A stretch of 64,000 nucleotides of DNA. It comes from Raillietiella orientalis. Its lineage: Eukaryota. The stretch is from contig JAYWIR010000005.1 in NCBI GenBank assembly GCA_036172245.1, positions 2,604,001-2,668,000 of the forward strand, read 5' to 3'. The notes under the pieces are model-generated. The model was not told the origin of the DNA. It ran no database searches and saw only the letters and a program-made list of their open reading frames with translations. The position numbers were made by a program, and so were the translations under genes. This document shows, in pieces, positions 24,723 through 37,613 of the stretch (position 1 is the first letter of the stretch; every line of letters starts with the position of its first letter).

Positions 24723-25144
24723 TCCACTCGCTGGCTGCATAGGGAAGACCAGTGGCTCCGCCCGCGTGCTCCTCAATCCAGTGGTCGATACTCTATCATC
24801 CCCTGCAGAGGGCTCCCGGTTCCGATTCTAGAAAGTCAGCGCCGCCTCGAAATGACGAGGAAGGGAGGCGCTTTTTTCCCTTTCTGGAGGCTCCCATGCG
24901 AGGAATAAGGGAGCAGCGGAGGAGTAGGGAGAGTCGAGGAACTCCCTTATCCCAAGAAACGCTCCTGGGAGACAAAAATCCCCACCACCCGCAGCGCTCC
25001 GCGAACGTCTGCATTCGATGCGCACTCATGACACACACACGCGTCCGTTGTCCGCGTGAACTACTCCGCTCGCAAACGGCGATCCCCTTCGGCACTGTTG
25101 ACTGCTGATTGACTAATTGTTTGTCTTTTTTTTCTCTTCCACAG

Positions 25145-25531
25145 CAGCGCCCTTTCCTCGAGATCTACACAGAATCCAGCAAAAAGCACCGCTCGCGCAG
25201 ATCCACGGGACTGACCTGCGACGAGAATTCCGCTGAAACTCGCTGCTGCCGCTATCCGCTAACCGTGGACTTTGTGGAGTTTGGCTGGGACTGGATCATT
25301 GCTCCCACCAAGTACGAGGCCAACTACTGTGCGGGAGACTGCCCTTTCTTCTTCCTCCAAAAATTCCCCCACGCCCACATAGTCCAGCAAGCGAAACCGG
25401 GAGGGAAAGCAGGACCTTGCTGCGCCCCCAGAAAGATGTCCCCGATCTCGATGTTGTACTTCAATAACCTCTACAACGTGGTCTACAGCACGCTTCCCGG
25501 AATGGTCGTCGATAAGTGCGGGTGCTCGTAG
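25145..25531 (+). CDS. MSTN: Myostatin/GDF11-like precursor, coding exon 3 (furin site and mature cystine-knot domain)
   Basis: Branch point-like gactaat (25111-25117), polypyrimidine tract, acag| acceptor. RPFLEI, RSRR (25190-25201), then the 109-aa mature peptide [33 protein letters not shown]...[17 protein letters not shown]...[12 protein letters not shown] with 9 Cys; TAG at 25529-25531. Confidence 0.97.
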   Translation, partial: QRPFLEIYTESSKKHRSRRSTGLTCDENSAETRCCRYPLTVDFVEFGWDWIIAPTKYEANYCAGDCPFFFLQKFPHAHIVQQAKPGGKAGPCCAPRKMSPISMLYFNNLYNVVYSTLPGMVVDKCGCS

Positions 25532-26255
25532 AGGAACCGGAGGAAGAGCTTCTTCCAAGACCCAACACGTTCCCTTCCTCCCTCCAGCTGTACCAAACAC
25601 GAATCTCATACGTTCAAAGAAGGACTGGACTCCCTTTGCACTGGGTGTCCGCTGTCCCTTCCTCGGAGACAGAGCCCCGTCTCTGGACACGACGCTTCCG
25701 CTTCCTCGGCGCTGCTTCTGGTGCTTGCAAGACGACCGGCAGGCGCCGGCGATGGAACCAACGAACCGCAGTGTCTTCTCAGGGGAGCGCTGCGCGGTCT
25801 AAAGGAGACTCGCAGGATCAACCTGACGGTCAGTCTTCCTGCTTCCCACGAAAACCTGACTTCTCCGAGCCGAGCAGCTGATGGTGGGGCCATGGACGAT
25901 CTGCGAAACAAACCGAATCTCAAGTGAAAGTCTGTGCCCTGGGAGAGAGCCCCTCGTGTCTTCCTGAAAACTCTGGAAAGAGACCGATCCCCACGTGAGA
26001 TCCTGCCTCTCTTGTCCCCCCCTCTCCTTCTCCCCGGAACAGTACAAACGGGAGGAGGAGGCGCTTGGAGGCATTCCCACTTTGACTGCTCTAAGAGACT
26101 TGGATTGTGGTGGCCCACTCGAACTCAGGTTTTCAAAGACTCCCTTCCGAACCACCGCGCTTCCAAAGTTTGGGAAACCTCGACAGGGGGGAGAGCATGC
26201 TGGCAGCAAATGGAATGGACTGCACTTTCTTCGCGCATGCGCCTCCCCGTTCCTG

Positions 26256-26261
26256 AATAAA
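26256..26261 (+). other. Candidate polyadenylation signal of the myostatin-like gene
   Basis: First AATAAA seen after the stop codon, about 725 nt downstream. Confidence 0.4.
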
Positions 26262-26674
26262 GTCAAGCATGTTCGTTTCGAAAATTGCCCCGGATGAATG
26301 CTTGGGAGCTCAGTGGGAGATGTTCACTCGTCTGCCCTCTCCCTTGGGGCACATGGATTTCTTGTTCCTGGTCCTCATCCCTCTTCTTTATGCCCCGGCA
26401 GCATTTTCGTTTCCTTGAGACGCGATTCCCTCAAGGTCTCGCGTTCCCTTCGAGGCTTTGCCTTCACTCCGAGCGGAGCGGTCCACGTCCAGGTCTTCTT
26501 CGCGCAGGTGTTTTGCTCTCGCTCACCACCGATGGTCTGGAACTCTTTCCTGGCTCCTGGACGTCATGCTGCCTTCTTGCCGTGCTTCCCCTCCAAACCC
26601 CACTGCTAATGTGCGCAGTGGGTTTTTCTAGGTAACTGTTTGCACTCCTTGAGGAGGATCAACGAAGAAGGGGC

Positions 26675-26845
26675 TCGGAAATTTCCAGAACCTTTCCCTC
26701 TAGCGTCGTCGACGGATTCTTTCGCTCTTTGAGGCGGCAAGTCTTCCAGGTGACCGCGGCTCGGAGACCAGAACTACAAGATGCGTGCTGTCGGCCATCC
26801 GCGCTCGCAGCAGGCAACCCGTCTCGGGGTGAGGCTGCAGCCCCG
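26675..26845. repeat. Second copy of the intron-2 repeat fragment, downstream of the gene
   Basis: Aligns by eye with 24548-24722. Confidence 0.65.
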
Positions 26846-29800
26846 GCCGGCTTCCCTTCCAACGTCTTCGGGCTCCTCCATGTCCTTGTATAGCGCCATC
26901 GATTTTCGGCCACATCAACATTCGCACTTTTGATCAAAAAAGAAAAAAAAAAGTTAAGAGGAAGAAAGACGGGAGTTATGAAGATAAGGAAAAGAGGCCG
27001 CCACCTAACGCATCTTTGCAGACAGCGAATCCAGCGCCTCTAACAGCGGTCGGTGTCTACTCATCTGAGCTGCTGCGCCCCGCTTTAAAGAAAGACAATC
27101 GCACGCCTATCCTTCCCCCCCCCAAAAAAAATATATGTATATATGCAGTCAGTGAGGAATGATGATGAGCATCTGGGAAGTCCTTGGTGGATCCCAAGCA
27201 CTGGAGAGTTGTGTCCAAGTCCCAAGTTGAGGCAGGCGCGGCTCCTCTCGCTGACTGACTCAGAAGCTTTCGAATGACGTAGTGGAAAACCGCATACGAG
27301 GAACGATTGCGCAACGGTTGCTCTGGCAGGGCAGGAAGACTGCGTCTGCGTCAAGGAGGAAAGAGAGCTCCGAAATAGGGAGCGGCATCTTTTCCTCTTG
27401 TACGTGCGAGTCTTATTCCTCGCTGCCGTCATCTTTTTGAGATCAGGACTTCCTCTGTAGCAGCTTTCAATGCCCTCAGGTTTATTATCATTATCATTAT
27501 TTGGAAAACAAATCCGGTAAGAGTTGAAAACGGTTCTCTCCCCCCCTGCTTGTCCTCTGACAAGGTGGTTGTTCCTCAGCAACACCTCGTACTGAGAGCA
27601 TGCAACAAATCTCATCGCAGCTTCCGCTTATCTGCAAAACAACAAAAAACACATACACAAAATGCGTGCCCTCCTCACCTGACTTTCTGAAAAAGCTGGA
27701 AGGTTTGTGGATGAGATCCCTGCTCTTCAAAATGCCGCAGCGAAAAGTTTCTTACTGAAAGCCGCTCATCTTCGAGCTTACCACTTGGGCATGCAGCACC
27801 ACTTCCCCATTCGGAGCAATGGTACGTCCCTCTAAGCACGCCGACCGCATCTCCTCACGTCGGAAGAGCAGATTTCTGCCGATCAGAGGCGGGAAATCCG
27901 CGACTAGCAGCTCACTTGTTTGTGCACCTGTTTAGGAGAGAGAGGTGTGTTCTCGAGGATTCCTTTGAAACTCTCTTCGCGGGGGTGATGCTCGCCGCTG
28001 TGGAACTGACCACTCCACCGAATAGCCAGACCAATGAAAACAGAAGACACGTATGTGACTTAAAAGACGAAAATGAGTTTTAGTCTTAAAGAAATCGGAA
28101 GCTTTTGTGTACTGACCCATGGACCAGCGGTACATTTCTTAAAGGAGCACTAGATCCAGCTGTGACAAAAAAAAAAAAAAGTCCGCTGCCACTGGTATGG
28201 TGGTGCGGAAGAATGCAGTTCTCTTTTTCTGGAAATTCCGAGTATCCATCCTTCAGATTCAGATTCCAGGAATAAGAGAAGAATCAAGGACAGAAGGTTG
28301 CCGTATCCGACGGGCAGCCCGCAAGCCGGGATCTTGGTTTTTTGCAAGGTCGCACCCGACGCAAAGCCAGAGATGACGTTCTCTCTCTCTGCCTCTTGCA
28401 AACGGAAGACAGGAGACGAAATCACACGAGCATGACGTGGACCACAAAATTGGAAAACCAGGACCCCTCTTCCGAGCAAGGATTTGTGCACTCTGAGCTC
28501 TCCGGGAATCTTCCCGTTCCGAGCAGGGATCAAGTTTTGCGCGACGTCTACGCGATTGCCTGCCTGCCTGCCTGCAGCCGCTGAGGAGCAAAAGCTCCAT
28601 GGTGGTACCGTCGTCTTTGCGCCGTTTCTGTTTAACCCTTTCCCGAGCTCTCATGAGCAGCTGCTCACCAGGGATGGGATTTCGGACGTGGTCCACAAAC
28701 TGGAGCGCCATTCCCACTACCCGCCTGGGAGAAACACGCGTTTGGAATGAAACGGAAAAAATTTGTTTACGCAACCCGAAGAAACGCGACTCCAGGGATG
28801 AAATTCCCCCTTTTTTGTGCGTCTTCGCCGGCGAATTTCGAAAAACTGGCTGCTTCGGGTGACTCAGGTGTTTTCCCACTTGTCTCTGAGTTATCTTGTC
28901 ACACGACAAAACCGGAAAATGAGTTTTATTTATTTATTTTTTCTTTTGGTAACTTCGCTTTGAACACACTCCTTAGCTCCAGCTCCTTCTACTACCCATT
29001 GCCACGTCCGAACGGAATGCCAATCGATGGTTCGAACGCCTTTTTTTCGGAACACATTCAACAGTAGTTCACGAGCAAACTGGGGATGGGATGGGATGAA
29101 GCAGCAAGATTGCTCCTGACGGACTCAGATCGGATGGCTCTTGAGCCAGCTTCGAAAAGGTTCCATCGAGGCAGTTGAAGAGAGTCCACGTTGAGCACGG
29201 ATCGGCGAATCTCTTAAACTTGCTTGTGGAACAATGATGTTCTTTTTCTTTAAGCATTCTTTCGTTCACTGTAGAATCAGCTGGATAATCATGGAAATCT
29301 TTCAGAAAGCAAGCAGTCGAAAGAAGGGGGAAGAAACTTCTAATCGTCAAGATTAACGTCCAGGAGACAAAAGTAAAATGTGGGAAATTCTTCTTGAAAA
29401 ATTCACATGTCGCACATATGTATTAGGGTCCTCCTCTGCCTAAGAATATGTTGTTTCGCGGTGCTAAAAAATGCCTTAATTACATCGCTTTTTTTAAAGG
29501 ATCGAATAGCTCAAAGAGTTGAATGGAAAAGCTCGAAGACAAAAGAAAACTTAGAAATTCTAGAAAAGACTCGGGTTTCTCAGCTTGAGGTCCTCTCGGA
29601 TCAAACTTGAACTGAATGTCTTCTAATGCCAAACAGATGTGTAACAACTGCGACTCTTGCACGGATACGGAGACCAAAAATAACACGTAGGGAATCCTGG
29701 CAATAAGAGTGAAATTCAAAATCATGAGCGCCCAACACAATCACTTTCAAACAAAATTCCCTACTAACACACACACACACCCAAAAATGACCAGAAAATG

Positions 29801-30008
29801 AACCAGGGATCTCGACCACTTCATGTGTCGCGCAAAATAATCATGAAGAAAAGATAGCCGGAAACATTTCATGATGATTACCATCAAGAAGTGAAGTGCA
29901 CCGTTTCAAAAAGCCAGCAGATGGGAAAAGAGGGTTTTCAGATACTTTTCCGATCCCTTCCTGCATCTCTCGCTTCAATTTCTTTCACATTTTTTGGCTA
30001 ATTTCTGC

Positions 30009-30284
30009 ACATCATTCCAGTTGACCAGTGTGCCTACAGTGAAGATATGATGCCTTACACCAACTACACATTCGACTTCAAAGGAATGATCGATTATATC
30101 GACTATACAAAAGGCACAGTGCGTCTTCTTAGGCTCCTTGGACAACTGGATCATCAATGGCTTAAAGAAAACAAGGTGGTAGGTTGTCCACATCCACATA
30201 TTCCTTCCGATCACTTTCCACTGCTGGCTTAAATGGAGTTTTCTCAATCATCTCCTTCCCGATGGACTGCTTGCCCGAAGATAA
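30009..30284 (+). pseudogene. CNOT6: C-terminal fragment of CCR4/CNOT6 (twin) deadenylase, disrupted
   Basis: MPYTNYTFDFKGMIDYI...LLGQLDHQWLKENKVVGCPHPHIPSDHFPLL is the CCR4 EEP C-terminus. SFQLTS/AYSED lies upstream across a frameshift; premature TAA at 30230-30232; frameshifted GLLARR-stop ends at 30284. No other CCR4 exons seen in the window. Confidence 0.88.
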
Positions 30285-33200
30285 CAGAATTTCGTCTGTG
30301 ATGGATTAGTACAAAGATCTCTGCTGTATCCCGATATCGGGAAAATTCAGCACCGAACCAAATAGAACCGAAACGTTGAAAGGACAGCACAAACCCAAGG
30401 CTGCTTGTGGTTTTTCTCTTCGTTGTTTCCGTGGAAACGTGTCCACACAGCTTGCTGACCCATTCCTGTTTGCACAGTGGACAAAATAGGATGTGTAACA
30501 CGTATTGAAAGGAGGACTGAGAATTCTCCACCGTCAGGGGGATGACCTTGTAATTGGTTTATCCATTGATTGAGCTGTTTTCCCTTTTGCATTGAAGAAA
30601 GAGTTTTGAATTTCAAGAGAAGAGTTTTTTCGTTTGTTTGTTTGTTTATTGGAAAATGGAAAGCAGTTGATTATAGCGTGCCCTGAAGGAATTTCAGCCT
30701 CCAGATACGTAGTTATCAAACATCCTTACAGAATGCATTCTACCGCTTTTAAAGAATCAAGGTCCACTGCTAACATTTTCTCTCGCATCTAAGAGGCTGG
30801 AAATTTGATACCGTTCTCATTGCTGAAGTGATCCCTCGTCTGGAGACGGTTCTTCAATATGTGTAGTCGGAAGAACGAAAGTCGTTGTCTCCATGAATCA
30901 TTTTTAAGGGAAATAATGGGGGGAAAAACTGCATGCTGTAAACGAGAACGCATGAAATAAGGAATACAAGCAAATGGAAACCACATCATCATACCTGGAC
31001 CGCGTCAGCTCACGAACGCACTCATTTCACGTCTGCTCCCCAGCCTCCCTTCTCGTCTCTAGCTGAAACGGAAATTTGCCCACCAGGAAGGAGCTTTTGC
31101 TTTCTTTTACACGCTCTCCGATACTTGTAATTTAGCCTGTTGCCTGGTTGATCTGGTTCTCCTTGAAAGGTGCTTTCCGCACATCATGCTGAAGATGAAG
31201 CGGAGAGATTTGTTGAGATGAAAATAAATCGAAAGTAACTTTTCCCGAGCAACATGCATTGACTACAGTCTCTCTTCACGTTAGGTCTAAGAGCATCTAA
31301 CACTGAGAACAATCTTCTTCCTTCATCAATGTCATCTGATGAAGAAAAGAATAAATTTTTTTTTTTTTTTCTTTTAGTTTACTTTCAAAAGCCCGACTAT
31401 TTTGTGTCCCTTTTTTCTTTTTTCATTCTCCGCTATAAAGTTGAATTCGCATGAATCTGTCCCATTATCTACATATATGTTGTTAACACATACTAGCATT
31501 TTCAAGAAAAAAACGATTGTGTGTTTTTTAAAAGCTTATGTTAAACGCCCAGGAAATTTTACGTCTCTTTAGCTTACTGAGTGTAAAACGTTTTCGGTGT
31601 GTAAAACATCATTTCAGTACATCCATTCTCAATTAAACACTGAATCGAAGATTTCATTCATCCCGTTATGTATTTATTCATTATGTTTGTACATAATTTA
31701 AAATCAAATAATGTACTTGTTGAATAAACGTTTACATGCACCCTTAATATAATAATTATAATTGTATCATGGAATAGACAGTGGAATCTGATCTAATCAA
31801 TATCCTAAACTGATAGAATATGCCGTGTTCATATACACTACTCTTCGTACATAGAGTGGATTCATATCGATAAGAATTTGCATCGTATACGATAGGGTGA
31901 TAACGATTGCTAGGTTCACCAATGGAAACATCTTGTATGTGTCTGGTATTTATTGAATTTTCAAGATTTCGTTCTTCAGGTAAAATCGAAAATTACAGAC
32001 GGTAGGCACTGGTCAGGATTAGTAGAGTTGATGAAGTAGTTTACTGAGAAAAACGATGTTAGATGAGACTAAATGGGAGGACACTTAGTGTCATCGACAT
32101 GTTCCTATTAATAATAAATAACTATGTTCGGATTCCATAGACTTCAAGAAATTCAGAAATTAATTTTCGTCTGAATATGAGGAAGATTTTTGAGTATTTG
32201 CTCCCCCTCCGAGATCCTCAAAGCAGTTCCTTCAGGGCAGAAGACTCTAAAGCTTGTCTCTTATTCTGTTTCACCTCAGGGAATTTCCTGTTTGCAGGGA
32301 AGCTGTTTTTCTTTTATCCAATTGCTTTTCATTTTCTCTCTTTCTTTCTTTTTTTTGACTGCTTACTTGGACTTTCCCTGATGCTGAGACATCAGGGTAT
32401 TTTATTTTCAATTTTAATGGCACACAGTTTGCTATGCATTCCCAATTAAAATATTTACATTAATTGTGAATGAGGTTACAAGGTCTCATAATGTAATTCA
32501 TGAAACTTTTTGGTCCTTTTCCTATTTTATGCTTCCTCATGGTAACTGTCGGAGAATCCCTGGTGGATCCCTGCCGCACTCGTTTACGGCAGCCTCCTTC
32601 TTCAGGAGTCCCTCCACGACCTCCTTAGCTGTTGACCATTTTCCGTTTTGCGCGTTCCGCCTTCCGATGGCAGCCGCTGTGATGAAGAATGCCTGGTGAG
32701 GTCTTGGTGGCACGTTTCGTATCGGAATTTGTCTTCGCACTTTTCCCAGAGCTTCATTGGTGATGCTTTCAAAGATTGAACACTCCGTGCAAGTTCATTT
32801 CTTTTGCACTCTGCGCCGCTGTTTGCCCTCACCCTTCTCTTTTTCCCACAGGATCACCTGGTGTAAGAGTCCTTCCAATGCTGATTGCCCGGCGGTTGTC
32901 CATTGTTCTTTCATCTATTCCGCTGACTCCTTACTTCCAGGAGGAAATTTCGCATTGTATAAATACGGAGAGCAAACTCTCCGTATTTATACAATGCGAA
33001 ATTCCGGTTTCATTTTGCTTATGTACCCCGTGCAAGGGCAGTAACACTTTGTGTGGTTTCCATCGCGACTCGGCATTGCTATGCATTTGGGCATTTCCGA
33101 TTGCACTTAGGCATTTTTATTATTATCATTATTATTACCATTATTATTACTCCTTCCCTGGACAATATTATTCCCCATGAACTACACAAGAGGATCTCAC

Positions 33201-35949
33201 TCAAAAGCGTTGGCAAGATGCAAAAGTATCCGGAGCCGAGAGGAGAACTGAAAGTGGGAACTTTTTGGCCACTCTGGTTCGAGATAAGCATCTGAGCTGG
33301 ATTAAGATACACTGCAAATTAGAATGACGACTGGCGTTTCCATTTCATTTTAAGGAGAATATCGTGCCCTTAATCTGACCTCTTGTACGTGTGTGTATAC
33401 AGTGAGGGAATTTTTCTTTTCTAGTACGGTTTCCTCGTACTTTTATAGCCTGCTACTTCCTCTTTTTTTTCTCATTATTATGATTTTTTTTTATGATTTC
33501 AGAGGATAATTTTGACAAATCTCTTGTCATAATCATCCTCTGTTTCAGGTTCTGAATTTATTAATCATCGTTGCCCGTGTTTCGAATTGCCTTCTGTATT
33601 GACGTCAGCTGCCGAACCGTCGTGATCTTCCCAGCAACAGCATGATCTATTGCAAAAAATCTCAAGTCCACCTTACCCGTTCCTTCAATTCCGGATAGAT
33701 AGTGGAGCCTTATAAAAAAAAAAAAAACTTCATGAGTGAGCCGACTACAGCTCCTGATCGGATGACTCGCGAACAATAAAGATGAAAGGGAAAAGTGAGA
33801 ATGGTTCCATCTGTTGCATTTTCTTATGTTTGCTTTCTTCCGTAGCGTTTTTCGGTGAGACTCCCACATTGTGCACTTCCCGAGCAGACAACTTGGTTGA
33901 AACTTTCACTTCAAGTTAACATGGACACAATGCTGGCTGACTGTTTGTGGTAAGGTGTAGTATGGAATTCCTCGATATCCGGTCTTGGAAGACCTTCGTT
34001 CGACCTGCTCACCTCGTTCAGTCCACAAGTGATGAATGCACTGCAGTCTTTGTACCTCACTAGCCTGAAACCCAGTTTCTTGCTGTCAACAAACCGAGCG
34101 CCAGATTGTCTGTCCACAGAGCGAGGACACATAGTCAGGAATGCCTCTGGCTACCATTCTGAGAAGACAGCATGCCGAAAAAGTTTCGAGATCCCTCAGT
34201 TCGATTTCGATCTTATTTTTGAACACTGAATTTTTCGATCAAAGTCTTCGAACATAGTTATCTTAGTATTTGCTGCGTTTCCTTGATCCAACTCGATCAG
34301 CCATGACCCTGAACACTAACCGAAATCATTCGTCCGTCGCTAGTGGAAAACTCTAGTCAGTTATAGATGGAAAATTGCAAGTTCTTGAACCTTAGGTAAA
34401 ACGCAAGATGAAGATTCATCTAAATACTGAAGGACCGAAAACTAGATAATATTCGGAAGAAACCTCGATAGCATTTGTAGGAAGTGATAGAAGGATCCCG
34501 AGAATTTTCCGTTTTCTTGGAAATTTTATGCAATTTTTTCGCTCCTTTGACTTTTTTGTGTTTTTTTAATATCGTTAGAACTGCTAAAAAAATTCTGTTG
34601 CACGCACTTGCGTTCAAATTTGAAGTGTTGATACGGAGATACCTCCCAGCCTTTTAATGCCCGGGCTGTGTTCTTATTGCAGCTACGTTGATAAGCGCGC
34701 TCCAGAGCTGATTACATGAGATCTAGCAGAATGAAACAGACGTTGTTTACATCACTTCTGAGAGCCCACGTCTTTCAGCGAAAGAGGTGAGTTGTTTGAT
34801 GGCAAGTTTAAGAACAGCATTCTTCAGAAAGATCTTCGCGATATTTTCCTGATTATTAGATGCCTCCTATTCAAGATTATATTAGGTTTCATCATTTCTG
34901 TACAAAAAAAAAAAAAAAGGATCTTAGATTTGCCGAATTACTAACATCTCTTTAAGAAATCCAAGATAAACAATTACAGGACTTCACGGCGATGTACATC
35001 TCCCATGAAATGTGCAAATGTGACACCCTGAAGCAGTAATCTCCATAGATTGCTAGCCAAAAAAATCAAAGATATGATCACCTACATTACTTCGTCCTTT
35101 GAAATGACCACACCATGTGGAAGCAAAAAATGGCTCTTGAGTATTAGGATTTAACCGACGCTGAATCTGACATTGGATCAAACCAGATGACGGTCCTTCA
35201 CAGGTGGTTATTTGGAGAAATTTTAGCAGCTTTGGGTTGGGTTTTTTTCTTTCCCTCCCCCCCCCCTTGAGGAGGAAAATCACATTAGAATGCATTGATT
35301 TTCTTTCTTCAAATCGCCTTGACGACACAGTAGCTTCACCGTTGAATCATTTGTGCATCTCAACTTGTTTTCGTGCCCTTTTCCTGTTCAAAACTTTGGA
35401 AGGCGAAAATAACGTGGGAAAAGAATATTTTGAGTGGGAAGGCTAAATGGAAAAGACAGCAGTGCTGTTTTCAGAACTGCAGCACCTCCTTAAGCCTTCC
35501 TCCAAGGTCCATCCTGAAAGTCGTCTTCCTGATAGACGCTGACGGGTGGCTGTGGACGTTACAAAGAACTCGAGGTGTGTGCCACCCGTGGTTTAAGATC
35601 GGAAGCGACCAAACCTGAAGTGGTGATGCAGGATGATGAATCGATCCAAAGCAGAGGCAAGGATTTTGAACTCCCTGGAAACAAACAGTTTCTTGCAAAG
35701 CTACAAGGGAGAAACCCAAACCCGGCAATGAGATACAGAAATTCTGTGTGAAGGAATGTGAAATGAAGATGCAAAATGGGAAGGAAGCAAGGAGTCATTC
35801 ACAAAAGAAGTGGAAGGAAGGAAAATAGAAACTGGAACTAAACGAAAGTTTTTTTTGGGGCCCCACGGGCTAACTGCCGGATATCATGGTTTCGCTTTTA
35901 TTTTCACAGTAGTTTTGAAAGAAAAGAATTGACGTCTCCCGAGGTGTTC

Positions 35950-37000
35950 CTGACGTGAGGTTTTTCGCAGGAAAACTACCCGCACTCCTCTAAAGCATCG
36001 AATGAGGACAAGGGAAACAGTGGCAGTTGGCTTCAGCACCAAAACCGCACAGCTTGAATGAAGGAAATCCCGGTGAAAGGCAGAGAGCATGCTGGGAGGA
36101 AATTCAGCAAAAAGTTTTCCCTGTGACTCCGGGTAATTTCTCCATGCAATCAGGGAATCAGGGATAAGGGAGTATAGGGAGGAGCCTTTCCAGTCACAAC
36201 TTCAGAAAAAACGGTAGACTTCCAAAGGGGAAACTTCGTTTGTCCTTTGCAGTCATACAGGCGAATGTCTCGTCCACCCATGTAAAATGATGAACTCTTG
36301 CATGCACCTGAAGAAGCGAGGGTCCATGGGTCTGCACTTCTGGAGATTCAGGAATTCGGGAACTGGTGGCATTTTTCTTTTTCGAGTAAAGAGGACATCC
36401 AGACGAAGGCAGTTTATTACAGCGGATAAACAGGGAGACAACCATATCGACAGCCGTATTCTCTTGAGATGTATTCTACGACTGCGTGCTTATACTCTGC
36501 CCGTTCCAATCTTTCTTTGCTGTAACTTCCACAGACTCCCATTTGTTCGACTGCTCTTGTTCATCAACTCTTCTGCTTTCGAATTCCTAATTCGTATCTT
36601 GGTTGCACTCTCACATCCCATATCAGAGGCTTCATGAAATTTTACAAGCATATTTTTACTCTTGTTTGTCGGACGTCTCCTGGAATTGCCAGTTCATAAA
36701 TCCTATCTTCTCGGTTTTTCGAAACTCACCATGAAATCCACTCCCACTCTTCCTTGGCCAGCTACACCCACTCAAGTAACCAGTTGCTCAAAGTACCCTT
36801 TCCTTTGATCTTTTCTCATCTTATCCTGATCTCCATGACCTCTATACCGATCGTGGTGAAAGATTATGAAAGGTTTTCTTTGTGGTTTGGTTTGCTCCTA
36901 GAGAAAAAGTTGCTCTTGCAAGCTCTTTCTTTCTCTCAGCAACCCTCGCGGAAGACTCACAGGGAATTTGAATTTTGGTACCGTTCTGAAAACTGATCAC
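35950..37000 (-). mobile_element. Highly decayed Penelope-like RT remnant
   Basis: Ordered minus-strand motifs: DMVVSLF (cf. SFDVxSLFT, 36448-36428), LPSSGCPL (cf. GxPMGSPLS), TWVDETFAC (cf. RYVDDTF, 36280-36254), SLPFFL (cf. LPFLD). Confidence 0.5.
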
Positions 37001-37613
37001 CAATAAAACCTGCGCATTTCAGTTCGGGAGTGCCGATGCTCCCTCGAAGGACCCAACGTTTCGCGAATGCAGAAGAGTTATGTATGCTGCTCAAGACTCT
37101 GAGTTTGCCCATCCGGCCTCAACTTATGTGTTCCATCCTAGTCTTAGGGCACGTTCAAATCTGTAATATTTCAGACCGTTTAACTCAACGGTGCTTTCGC
37201 AAATGGCGCCCTCGTGGCAGAGGCGTCGTCCAGGTGGCAGAGCAGTCCCATCTTCCCCGAGGCGCACTGGCAGTGAAAACTCCCATGTGGTCTCTGCAGG
37301 TCTCTCCGTTGAAACAGACGGCGCTGATGCAGTTGTCGTTTCCTTCGCAGTCCTGCTGCACCTTCGTTTACAGACCACCTGGAATGGTTTTCGATCTTCG
37401 CTCGCTTAGTCATCTCCCAAAGGTGGACAGTTCAAAAGGTGACAGTGAGAAATATTGAATTTCAGCTTCATTTCAGCTTGGAGCGCAGCATCAATTGAGA
37501 GAGAAGCTTTTGTAATGAATCTTCTCATTTTGTTGCTGCATGTGCTTTCTTCTTGGCAAGCCCTCCTGAGACAGGGGTTCTCAGTCACAGCATGCCCTCA
37601 ACAAAATCGCCTC

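Noticed and set aside
33850..34250. Third Penelope-like remnant (MEFLDI, QSLYLTSLKP)
   Set aside because: Only two weak motifs; not enough to call.
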